64,000 nucleotides of DNA, taken from sequence record NC_028847.1; one strand, 5' to 3'. This DNA comes from Escherichia phage QL01. The translations under genes were made by a program, and so were the position numbers. Numbering within the stretch: position 1 is the first letter of the stretch; the number at the start of each line of letters is the position of its first letter. This document shows positions 18,166 to 26,909 of the stretch, piece by piece. Under the pieces are notes generated by a model. That model had not been told where the DNA came from, did no database searches, and saw nothing but the letters and a program-made list of their open reading frames with translations.

Positions 18166-18360
18166 TTAGATTTCCTCAATACGGGCATCATGTTCATAAA
18201 CTTCTACGTCGTCGACATACGCCTTAACCAAAATATTATTGACTTCAGCGAATTGGGTAGTCACCCACACGATATCGTTTTCACGCACTGAAGCTTCTTT
18301 GGTAGCGGTATCACCGTTGGCGAAATGGCCGACAAATTTTACTTTAATTGATTCAGACAT
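18166..18360 (-). CDS. dmd: Dmd-like antitoxin (inhibitor of RnlA/LsoA)
   Basis: 64 aa; VKFVGHF...VTTQFAEVNNILVKAYVDD resembles T4 Dmd; position 61.5. Confidence 0.55.
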   Translation of the reverse strand: MSESIKVKFVGHFANGDTATKEASVRENDIVWVTTQFAEVNNILVKAYVDDVEVYEHDARIEEI

Positions 18361-18690
18361 TTAGATTTCCTCACAGAAGGCCCATTCAGCATGATAAACC
18401 GTAGCGCCTTTAGTATCATTTAAACAAACCACATCTACCGGAGCAATTACACGATAAAGACGAGGTTCTCCTCCCACTGAACGAGCTGCACGTCCAGCAT
18501 AAATCTTAGCCAAACCGATATCTTCAGTAAAGAACACACGATTTAGGTTTTTCTTACGACCGGTTTCAGACAGAACTCCTGTTTCCTCAGGAGGACAAAG
18601 CATATTACCGATATTAGCGACACTACAACTTCCATGGTAATACACTTTATATTCTGCTTTACAGTCGATGGTTTTCATTTTGTTCTCCAA
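18361..18690 (-). CDS. hypothetical protein
   Basis: 109 aa; own early promoter cassette upstream. Confidence 0.45.
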   Translation of the reverse strand: MENKMKTIDCKAEYKVYYHGSCSVANIGNMLCPPEETGVLSETGRKKNLNRVFFTEDIGLAKIYAGRAARSVGGEPRLYRVIAPVDVVCLNDTKGATVYHAEWAFCEEI

Positions 18691-18702
18691 GTTGATAGGT
18701 CT

Positions 18703-18731
18703 ATAGTATCACGCCTACAGGAGATGTAAAC
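18703..18731 (-). promoter_or_regulatory. early-type promoter cassette
   Basis: GTTTAC, 17 nt, TACTAT. Confidence 0.55.
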
Positions 18732-18746
18732 CCTTAAAAACAAAAA

Positions 18747-18764
18747 AGGAGCCGAAGCTCCTTA
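18747..18764 (-). terminator. intrinsic terminator after gene 41
   Basis: Stem AAGGAGC/GCTCCTT, UUCG loop, U-tract. Confidence 0.6.
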
Positions 18765-20201
18765 AAATTTGATAGATGCTGCTAAATCGTCCAAATCACT
18801 TCTATTAACACGCGTCTGTCGATTGACCTCGGCCTGGCGATTCATCTCACCTGTAGCCTCACGAACAGTGTTCACTGGGCCTGGGTTGGAATCATCTTCA
18901 ACTTCGTACCAACGTTGATTTCCTTTCTTAACGCCAATCTTAAATTTGTTGTAGTAGCTCTTATCGCCATAACGAGATTTAAGCTGCTTAACCATCTGCA
19001 TACCCATCTGAGCGAACTCTTCTGTCTCGACCACACCCAACATGAAGTCTGCAGTATGTGCAATACCAAAGGATTCAGCAATATCGGCCATATCGATTTC
19101 GGCTGCAACGTTCGCACCACGAGTAGTCTGGGCTGCAGTCCACAACAGTAATTTCTTCTCTACTGCAAGTCCACGTAGTTCTTCAGCAACCATCTTAATC
19201 AATCCGTAACTGTTTTCAGAGAAAACTTTCGTACGAGACGATGCACAGATAGCCAAGTAGTCAACGATAACGACCTGTGGGACAAAGTTTTGTTTGAGCT
19301 TGTATTCGTTTAATAATGCACGGAATGTATCGGCATTAGCACCGCCAGTAGGATACTGTTTAATCTTTAAACGACCTAAAGTAGCAGTTGAACGCCATTT
19401 ATCCATCTTAGCTTTATATTCAGGCCACGAGACGTGACCATCATCGATATCATCCAGCGACACGTCCAGAAGGTTGGCATCGATACGCTTAGCACATACT
19501 TCCTCTGCCATCTCCATGGAGATATAAAGAACATCGTAACCAGATTGAAGGTAATCAGCAGCCAATGAACAAAGACCAAGAGACTTACCTACGTTTGTTC
19601 CTGCCAACAATACGTTTTCAGTACCAAACTCAGCACCACCCTTGGTAATCTTATTCAGAATATTAAGACGGAATGGAACCTTACGTGCTTTATCGGAATA
19701 ACTTTTGAATCGTTCTTCATAGTCATCCATCCAGTCATGACCTAATTCAGAATCGAAACAAATCGATAATGCATCACGCATGATATCTGGGATAGCACCA
19801 ATACCTGGAAGTTTTCTATTTTGTTGCTCAACTGGAAGGTCGGCATTAGTTTGGATTTCAATGATTTTTGAAGTTGCATTATACATCGCTGCTTTCTGAA
19901 CGTATTTCTCCGTCTCTTTAACCAACCATTCTTGGTCTTCAGGCCCGGCGTTCAGCGAACTTAAAAGCTCTTTAGCGCCTTGGTGTTCAACTTCTGAAAG
20001 CGTACTGTTATCTAATGCAATGCTCAATGCGTTCTTAGAAGGCACTGCATTATATTCATTGACATGTTTTTTAATTTCTTTGAAAAGGGTCTTTGCAGGA
20101 CCCTGGTCAAAATAAGAATCATTCATATAAGGCCAGACCTTAGTGAAATAATCACTATTGCCTAGCAGTTGAGCCAAAATAGTTTCTACCACTTCCACCA
20201 C
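18762..20201 (-). CDS. 41: replicative DNA helicase (DnaB family)
   Basis: 479 aa; Walker A GTNVGKS, DnaB-like C-terminal RecA fold; terminator after stop. Confidence 0.9.
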   Translation of the reverse strand: MVEVVETILAQLLGNSDYFTKVWPYMNDSYFDQGPAKTLFKEIKKHVNEYNAVPSKNALSIALDNSTLSEVEHQGAKELLSSLNAGPEDQEWLVKETEKYVQKAAMYNATSKIIEIQTNADLPVEQQNRKLPGIGAIPDIMRDALSICFDSELGHDWMDDYEERFKSYSDKARKVPFRLNILNKITKGGAEFGTENVLLAGTNVGKSLGLCSLAADYLQSGYDVLYISMEMAEEVCAKRIDANLLDVSLDDIDDGHVSWPEYKAKMDKWRSTATLGRLKIKQYPTGGANADTFRALLNEYKLKQNFVPQVVIVDYLAICASSRTKVFSENSYGLIKMVAEELRGLAVEKKLLLWTAAQTTRGANVAAEIDMADIAESFGIAHTADFMLGVVETEEFAQMGMQMVKQLKSRYGDKSYYNKFKIGVKKGNQRWYEVEDDSNPGPVNTVREATGEMNRQAEVNRQTRVNRSDLDDLAASIKF

Positions 20202-20515
20202 CTCTTAGATTTAATTTTATCCAGTTCTTCTTGTATTTGCATTGTAACACATTTTTCTACATGAAGCGCCAGCTCTTCTTTTCGGTCTTCGGAAGGTGTT
20301 CCGAAATCAACCGACACTTTTCCATCTTTCTCAATAACAATATTCATCACATAAACGATGTGAGCAGTGCCATCGGGTAAAGTAAGCATAATTTCCTGCT
20401 TAACCGATCCCATTGACTTACGGATTATATCTAATGATTTCTCATAATAACGAGGGTCACTAGGACCCTCTTCGGTATCTTTAACAAAATTATCTAAATC
20501 AGATAAATCAGTCAT
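20186..20515 (-). CDS. hypothetical protein (gene 40 position)
   Basis: 109 aa between uvsX and 41. Confidence 0.4.
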   Translation of the reverse strand: MTDLSDLDNFVKDTEEGPSDPRYYEKSLDIIRKSMGSVKQEIMLTLPDGTAHIVYVMNIVIEKDGKVSVDFGTPSEDRKEELALHVEKCVTMQIQEELDKIKSKRWWKW

Positions 20516-21680
20516 CTAAATCCATCTCTTCTAAATCGCTTTCGATGTCAGCGGCGCTTTGGGTATTTCCGCCTAATTTAACAGCAACGTTCTTAGAGAC
20601 ACGAGAGTTAATAAGGTCATTTACCGCATCGTCAACTTCTTTAATAGAATTAATTGCACCAAGCTTATACTTATTCTCGATTGCTTCACGGAACGGGGCA
20701 TGTTTAAACAGCGGTCCCCAGAACTCGACACAATCGGTAGCTTTAGCACGCCATGCTTTTTCTTCTTGAACCATTTCGCCTGTGGTTTCGTCAAGGAATG
20801 CACGATTATACCAGCCAGCTTTAGGTTTCACGACAAAGCCAATATCAGTAGCCATTTCAAGCAATCCACTGAATGGGTCGATACCACCTTCGAAGTTAAC
20901 GGTGATAGGGAACGTTGATTTCTCTTTAACCGTACGAGATTTCTCAGCCTTCAGTGTGAAGTCATAACCAGTGAGCTCGGTACCATCTTTAACCTGACGT
21001 TTAGAGATAAAGAACACGGTAGAAGCAGAGTACAGAATACCAGTACCACCACCCATAATCTCTTTAGGATACATTCCACCAATTTCCATAGCCGTGTGGT
21101 TAATTGCTACACAAGGGATATCCTTGATGGTCAGATAAGGTGTTACGATACGGAACAGAGATTTCAGTGATTTAGCACGAGTCATATCACCTACAACTTT
21201 CTCGTTCAAAGCATCTTCGGTTTCTTTCTTAGAAGCAGTGTTACCGATGGAGTCGATAAAGATAATAACCTTTTCGCCACGAGTAATTTCTTCTAACTGG
21301 TTAGTCATATCAACTTTAAGCTGTTCGACTGACTGGATTGGTGTATGAACCACACGTTCCAAATCAACACCCATCGAACGGAAATAAGATTCTGAAGCAC
21401 CAAACTCAGAGTCATAGAACAAACAAATTGCGTCTGGATATTTCTTCATATATGCCGCAACCATGGTAAGTCCAAACAACGTTTTAAAGTGTTTAGATGG
21501 AGCAGCAAAGATTGTCAAACCTGATTGTAAGCCTGCATTCAACGCACCGCCCAATGCAATATTCAGCATAGGGATACGAGTAGGAACTTCGTCACGACCA
21601 TTAAACAATTTAGATTTGGTCAGGTCGGCGGTCATTTTAGAAGTAGAAGCTTTAATCAAACGGGATTTTAAATCAGACAT
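20508..21680 (-). CDS. uvsX: UvsX RecA-like recombinase
   Basis: 390 aa; RecA-fold motifs; N-terminus as T4 UvsX. Confidence 0.9.
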   Translation of the reverse strand: MSDLKSRLIKASTSKMTADLTKSKLFNGRDEVPTRIPMLNIALGGALNAGLQSGLTIFAAPSKHFKTLFGLTMVAAYMKKYPDAICLFYDSEFGASESYFRSMGVDLERVVHTPIQSVEQLKVDMTNQLEEITRGEKVIIFIDSIGNTASKKETEDALNEKVVGDMTRAKSLKSLFRIVTPYLTIKDIPCVAINHTAMEIGGMYPKEIMGGGTGILYSASTVFFISKRQVKDGTELTGYDFTLKAEKSRTVKEKSTFPITVNFEGGIDPFSGLLEMATDIGFVVKPKAGWYNRAFLDETTGEMVQEEKAWRAKATDCVEFWGPLFKHAPFREAIENKYKLGAINSIKEVDDAVNDLINSRVSKNVAVKLGGNTQSAADIESDLEEMDLDD

Positions 21681-21757
21681 TATATTTTTCCATAGGCATC
21701 ATTATATTTTACTCACGTTTTAAGATAGGGTAATTATATCACTTCACATTTACAGCG

Positions 21758-22651
21758 TTAAAGGACCACGTCCTCATAACTTGGCATTTCGTGCTCAGAA
21801 TGGATGTGGGCACCGAAATAAATGAATTCAGCTAGACCAGGATGGAATACTAAACCGGGATTCTCATGATAAATGATATGAGGTCTTGATTTCAGAATCT
21901 GATAATATTCAACCTTACTCGGTTTGAATTTAATAATCTCTACATCAGGACGATAGTCTTCACGCTTAAATGAATCATTCGGATCGGTGATATAAAGGCG
22001 AGAACCTTCAGCCGCAGCTTGGTCTACAACTCTTTCGAATTGATAACATTTATCAGAGATACGGAATGGATGGAAAATACCATCAATTTTAATAGGCGCT
22101 AGGCCTTCAGAGTAACGCTCAATTACTGCCGGATTAATTACCTTTTGGTCTACAAAAATCTTATCAGAGGACGCACCTCGTGACACCAGGACGTCTTTCT
22201 GGCATTGATTCAGGACTGTGGTATAAATCGAACGTTCAACTGAGGACACGTCGGTATCAATAAACTCGTCGATATAATAACGAGGAACTTCAGGGTCCAT
22301 TGTAATGTTAAAGTTGAATTGTACAGTCTGAGTGCCATCATAACCTGTGATATCGGTTACCAATCCTGAGCAGTCATAGTATTCGATTAACGAATCAACA
22401 ACGAACTCGTTTTCAGACCAAAAATGTTTACGAGTTTCATAAGCATTTTCTTTATACCAAAGCGGTACAAAATTCAGTTCAGGAAATAATTCAATGCATT
22501 CTTTGATATCGCTCGAATTTCTAGGATAAGCCAGATAATCACCTGGGCAAGCACGGTTTAAATGGAGTTGAAAATTACCGTCCTTAAGGACGGCATATTC
22601 ACCTGTTTCGTAACTACGCATACTGAAAATAGGAACGATAAACAAACTCAT
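21758..22651 (-). CDS. hypothetical protein at beta-gt locus; candidate DNA glycosyltransferase
   Basis: 297 aa between uvsX and 42; does not resemble T4 beta-gt as remembered; function inferred from locus only. Confidence 0.35.
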   Translation of the reverse strand: MSLFIVPIFSMRSYETGEYAVLKDGNFQLHLNRACPGDYLAYPRNSSDIKECIELFPELNFVPLWYKENAYETRKHFWSENEFVVDSLIEYYDCSGLVTDITGYDGTQTVQFNFNITMDPEVPRYYIDEFIDTDVSSVERSIYTTVLNQCQKDVLVSRGASSDKIFVDQKVINPAVIERYSEGLAPIKIDGIFHPFRISDKCYQFERVVDQAAAEGSRLYITDPNDSFKREDYRPDVEIIKFKPSKVEYYQILKSRPHIIYHENPGLVFHPGLAEFIYFGAHIHSEHEMPSYEDVVL

Positions 22652-23346
22652 TTCAGGAATCCTCGAACGTAGTCAAAATCACGTTCAAATACGTGTGCAC
22701 TAACCATAGTATGGGAATACGTACCCAGACCAACACCACACTGTTCAGCAATAAAGGCCATCAGTTTACCCTGCAGATAGAAATCCAGCTGCATAACAAT
22801 AGCACAGTTCTGTGAACGCATATGGGTATGTGCATAAAGACGTCCATCACGAATATAATATGTCACTGAATCAGTACATGGATATTCTAAGGATTCGTCA
22901 GAATCAAGGAGGGCTTGGTCTTGTTCTTGGAGAATTTGGAACACAACTCGTCTTGAGTTAGGCTTCTCTTTAAGCTCTTTAAGTAAGGCTGGGAGTTGGG
23001 CCACAATTCTAGGTCCATAGAAAGTGTTGAAGTTTGCAGGCAATACGTCACTTTTCGGCTTATCAATGAACTTAGCAACATTAGGGTATTCCTTAAATGC
23101 TTCGGCGGCGTCAGTACCACCAGAAATCATAAACTTCCAGAAAGATTCGGCATAATCATAGTTGATACGATTAATACGAGGGTCGGTGAATTTATAGGTG
23201 CTTGCATCCAGTACTTCTACCGAAGCAGAACCAATTTCATAACAACGGCCGATACGAGAATCAACTGCAAACTGTGGAGCTTCCAGGATTTCTTCGTTCA
23301 TTTGCTTAAACGCGTTTTCAAAACTAACAGCGGTAATGTGTTTCAT
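22648..23346 (-). CDS. 42: dCMP hydroxymethylase
   Basis: 232 aa; thymidylate-synthase-like motifs SRRVVFQ and YPCTDSVTYYIRDGRLYAHTHMRSQN. Confidence 0.8.
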   Translation of the reverse strand: MKHITAVSFENAFKQMNEEILEAPQFAVDSRIGRCYEIGSASVEVLDASTYKFTDPRINRINYDYAESFWKFMISGGTDAAEAFKEYPNVAKFIDKPKSDVLPANFNTFYGPRIVAQLPALLKELKEKPNSRRVVFQILQEQDQALLDSDESLEYPCTDSVTYYIRDGRLYAHTHMRSQNCAIVMQLDFYLQGKLMAFIAEQCGVGLGTYSHTMVSAHVFERDFDYVRGFLK

Positions 23347-23879
23347 TTATTCACCTTATTTTCAATATATTCATTCAGACGTTTTAATTCTACCATATCG
23401 ACGTTAAGCAAGTTATTATGGCCGTCGTGATTTAAGATTTTAAACACGTTTTCAAAACATGTTTCATATTGCCGGATAGTTAGGTTGAACTCATCTTTGG
23501 TTAATTTAATAAGGTCATCTTCAAAGTCTTTATCCAGTGGATTACGGGTTAAAATAACCTCAATAATATTGAATTCAGATTTAAACCCTTTCCAATCTTC
23601 CAGTTCTACATAAGGGTCCATTTCACCACGAAGGAATCCAGAGTAAACAATATTACTAGGATACCCACGGTCTAAGATGTAGACAAAATTAGGGTCTAAA
23701 AACTTATACAACGTCTCGACTAAAGCCTTGTCATTATCAGTCCCTAATGAAATGCATTTGCCATTAATCTTTTTAGGGAAATCAATAAGACGATATTTCT
23801 TATCAGATAAAAGTGATTCAATTAAAGTAGACTTCCCGGAATTATCCGGGCCGTCGATAACAATGATTTTTGGTTTCAC
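23343..23879 (-). CDS. P-loop nucleoside/nucleotide kinase-like protein
   Basis: 178 aa; Walker A IIVIDGPDNSGKST at N-terminus, dNK/dTMP-kinase-like. Confidence 0.55.
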   Translation of the reverse strand: MKPKIIVIDGPDNSGKSTLIESLLSDKKYRLIDFPKKINGKCISLGTDNDKALVETLYKFLDPNFVYILDRGYPSNIVYSGFLRGEMDPYVELEDWKGFKSEFNIIEVILTRNPLDKDFEDDLIKLTKDEFNLTIRQYETCFENVFKILNHDGHNNLLNVDMVELKRLNEYIENKVNK

Positions 23880-24250
23880 GGATGATATGCCTTATAGGTT
23901 TCAAGAGTTCCTTCACGAACCATTTCTTTAAAGTGGTCAGGACGGATTGCTCGGTCATCGATGATAAAAGTATAACTCGGCTTATGTGTAAGCAGATTGT
24001 GATATTTCAATCCAATCTTTTCAAGGTTCTTAACTAATGCAGGAACTACTTCAACCAAGATTCGACCCGGGCCGCATGAAGTCATACCACGGGCAGTGAA
24101 CAAGGTAATCTCGTACCCTTCATCATAAAGCTTATTAATCATAGACACCATTTCGGTGTCCGGTTTAAAGTTTTCGTAATCACGGTCATCTTGCCAGTGA
24201 GTAATGGTATTATCGATATCAAAACACAGATGCATTAAATTTTCTTCCAT
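23876..24250 (-). CDS. HAD-superfamily phosphatase (small)
   Basis: 124 aa; HAD motif I FDIDNT, motif II LFTARG, motif IV IIDDRA. Confidence 0.55.
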   Translation of the reverse strand: MEENLMHLCFDIDNTITHWQDDRDYENFKPDTEMVSMINKLYDEGYEITLFTARGMTSCGPGRILVEVVPALVKNLEKIGLKYHNLLTHKPSYTFIIDDRAIRPDHFKEMVREGTLETYKAYHP

Positions 24251-25908
24251 TGTTTGTGGAGTTCGGTAGAACCTGTAGGTTTATATTTTACACCAGTTTC
24301 CTGGTCAAGCAAAACCCACTTATCAGGACAACGAGTGATAATTTGAGCCGTGATAGGGTCGCGAACTTCATCAACGAATTCACCTGTGATAAGCTTACGC
24401 TTACGAGGATGCCGCTTCAGCAGCACACTCAGTTGATATAGCCCATTGTAATAAGCGCCCAGAGCTTTCAGAGGGTTATTTTTAAAGTAACCTGCCAATG
24501 CCATCCAGATAACAGCAATCCAGAGCTTGTGCTTAAATGTACACATCGGAATATCATCTAAAGGCATAACCTTTTCAATATCAACGAATACACGAGTTCC
24601 GTTACGAGTTAAGCCACCCCATAGAGGGTCAGAGTTAAATTTGTCATAACCATCGATAGAATAAAGCACCTTAGCTTCATCATAAATCGCAGGGCCTTTA
24701 GAACTATTACCAAAATAACCACGTGGGTCGATGATTTTAATATTACCTTCGTCCGACAACATAATATTACTGTAGTGCGGGTCGCCATGAATAAGTTGGT
24801 ACGGTTCTTTATGTTCAGACAGAATTTCTAAGGCGTGACGAAGAAGTTTTTCTGGGTCGCCTACCTTGAAGTCGTTAACATGGGTAATACCCTGTGGAGC
24901 AAAGCCTTCAATCAATCCGGCAATAGAAGCATTACGAATAAGGACCTTGTCCAATACTTCTTTCTTAACATCAGAATACCATTGCTCATCGGACGGATTA
25001 TCGATAGTTCCACCGAACGAACGTAATGCACTAATAACCTTATAAACCATTAGGACTTTAGTTTCTTTAGACATAAACCGGTAGGCATCTGCCATGGTTC
25101 GACCAAAGATACGTTCCATTTTAATGAATTCACCTGGAGCAAAGTCTACAATGCTAGGAACGAATTCAGAATCAATAGAATTGTACCAATTGATTTCTTT
25201 AGATTGGATTTCTTTACCTAATTCGTTTGTAGGTACTTTAATAGCTAGATTCTCAGTGAACTCTAATTTATTAAATTCACGGTTAATTTCAGAATCTTCA
25301 TGGGCCTTAGCCAGTTTCAGTTTGTCACCAACATCAACTACAAAGTCTAACTTACGTTCAGTCAAATGGACCATTGAATCCAGGTTGTCAGCAAGGTCTT
25401 CACCATAATTAGAACGGTCGAAACCTGTCCAATTAGCCACCTGATACAAGCCAACTACGCCACCACCGGTACCAATTTCACGCAAGTACGGTTCTTCAAA
25501 TGTAAAACGGCAGTCAGTCCCATAGGTATAACAGTAGTCGTTATCCCACTCAACTTTATGACCTTCAGGAATAATATCACACCAGTTAAACAAGACATTG
25601 TGCCCAATGATATCTTCGGCAATGCAATCGATAGCATGAGCCGAACCATTGGCAACATCAACGTTACGAATAGTGAATTTAGGCTTATCACTATTAATCA
25701 TGTTAATGGATTTAATATAGCCTTTAACGAGGTCGTTAAATTTGCTGTGAATAACCAGAATAATTTCATCTGATTGATTACTATACAAATCATACAAATG
25801 TTTTAATACAGTATGTTGTTTGTAGTTAACCAGTACCTTCGGGATTTCGTTGGTAATTGGATACAACCGTGAGCCAAGACCCGCGCCTAAAATAACAACC
25901 TTTTTCAT
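24235..25908 (-). CDS. bifunctional sugar-1-phosphate nucleotidyltransferase / APH-like (anomeric) kinase
   Basis: Start set at Met11 (GAGGAA SD); N-terminal VVILGAGLGSRLYPIT...PKVLV, C-terminal LIHGDPHYSNIM and IIDPRGYFG. Confidence 0.65.
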   Translation of the reverse strand: MKKVVILGAGLGSRLYPITNEIPKVLVNYKQHTVLKHLYDLYSNQSDEIILVIHSKFNDLVKGYIKSINMINSDKPKFTIRNVDVANGSAHAIDCIAEDIIGHNVLFNWCDIIPEGHKVEWDNDYCYTYGTDCRFTFEEPYLREIGTGGGVVGLYQVANWTGFDRSNYGEDLADNLDSMVHLTERKLDFVVDVGDKLKLAKAHEDSEINREFNKLEFTENLAIKVPTNELGKEIQSKEINWYNSIDSEFVPSIVDFAPGEFIKMERIFGRTMADAYRFMSKETKVLMVYKVISALRSFGGTIDNPSDEQWYSDVKKEVLDKVLIRNASIAGLIEGFAPQGITHVNDFKVGDPEKLLRHALEILSEHKEPYQLIHGDPHYSNIMLSDEGNIKIIDPRGYFGNSSKGPAIYDEAKVLYSIDGYDKFNSDPLWGGLTRNGTRVFVDIEKVMPLDDIPMCTFKHKLWIAVIWMALAGYFKNNPLKALGAYYNGLYQLSVLLKRHPRKRKLITGEFVDEVRDPITAQIITRCPDKWVLLDQETGVKYKPTGSTELHKQWKKI

Positions 25909-25968
25909 TATCTGTTCCTCAAGTGAATGTAGGTACATTATACACTATTTTTAATAAATTGGTATTGC

Positions 25969-26469
25969 TTAAATCTTATCTTTACCGATTTCAATACACT
26001 GTTCTATTGCCGCCGGTGCTTTGGTCTTGAGCTTATCGATTTGTTTCTTATAATCACGAGCTTTACCGAAGCTCTCGGTTTCGAGCATTTCGTAATAACG
26101 AGCCTCGTGGATGGAAATCTGTAGATTGATATGGTTTACGCACATCGCATACAGTTTCTGCTTTTTGTACAAATCATCTTGACGCTTCATTTCTGCCTGG
26201 TGTTTGGCTAGTACCGCTTCACGCTTAGACTCTTGTTCACGTTGGAATTCGATTTCCCTTTGAGCATATTTTGCACAGTTATTACCACATTGATTATTGG
26301 CTCGGGTGTACACAAGTCCAGAACCTGCACGGAATTTCATTTCGCCATCGAATTGTTTCTGTTCAGCTGCGATACGAGCTTTACCAACTTCATCAGCCGA
26401 AACTGCATCACCATATTGGACCGCGCAACCTGATAGGAGCATACTCATTGCGATAATTAACTTTTTCAT
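25969..26469 (-). CDS. putative lipoprotein with coiled-coil region
   Basis: 166 aa; signal peptide with lipobox LLSGC. Confidence 0.5.
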   Translation of the reverse strand: MKKLIIAMSMLLSGCAVQYGDAVSADEVGKARIAAEQKQFDGEMKFRAGSGLVYTRANNQCGNNCAKYAQREIEFQREQESKREAVLAKHQAEMKRQDDLYKKQKLYAMCVNHINLQISIHEARYYEMLETESFGKARDYKKQIDKLKTKAPAAIEQCIEIGKDKI

Positions 26470-26476
26470 AATATCC

Positions 26477-26614
26477 TCAATTAAAACAGTTATACTTAAT
26501 TTGTGCTATAAGAATAATCCATCCGATGATTAGTGTCGGAATCATTGGCGGAATTGCCACTGCCCAATAAATGGTAAAGGCAGTCATTATAAGAAATAAA
26601 ATAATTATTTTCAT
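26477..26614 (-). CDS. small hydrophobic membrane peptide (imm.1-like)
   Basis: Hand-called 45 aa MKIIILFLIMTAFTIYWAVAIPPMIPTLIIGWIILIAQ; ATGA overlap with upstream gene. Confidence 0.4.
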   Translation of the reverse strand: MKIIILFLIMTAFTIYWAVAIPPMIPTLIIGWIILIAQIKYNCFN

Positions 26615-26847
26615 TGCTTAACAATAATGATTTGTGCATTTGATTTACGTTCAGCGACGATAGCCCAGATTAAAGCCACTACCCAACCAATCATCGTCCA
26701 GCCTAACAGGAGATTAAGGAAGAAAATTCCGACATTACTACGAGTGCCTCGCAGAAGAGCCAGAATCCATGGTAAAAAGTAACCGATGAACATAATAACC
26801 AGAGAACCGAATCCTAAAACACCAGCACTAACGATTAAAGCTTCCAT
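26611..26847 (-). CDS. imm: Imm-like membrane protein (superinfection immunity)
   Basis: 78 aa, two predicted TM helices; immediately upstream of gene 43 as in T4. Confidence 0.5.
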   Translation of the reverse strand: MEALIVSAGVLGFGSLVIMFIGYFLPWILALLRGTRSNVGIFFLNLLLGWTMIGWVVALIWAIVAERKSNAQIIIVKQ

Positions 26848-26877
26848 TGTAATTTCCTCATGTAGTTGATAGGAAGG

Positions 26878-26907
26878 ATACTACCACGTTCCTTGTGGTA
26901 TGTAAAC
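26878..26907 (-). promoter_or_regulatory. early-type promoter cassette
   Basis: GTTTAC, 18 nt, TAGTAT. Confidence 0.5.
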
Positions 26908-26909
26908 AC

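Noticed and set aside
21758-22651. Calling this ORF T4 beta-glucosyltransferase
   Set aside because: It is shorter (297 vs about 351 aa) and does not resemble T4 beta-gt as remembered; kept only as a positional candidate glycosyltransferase.
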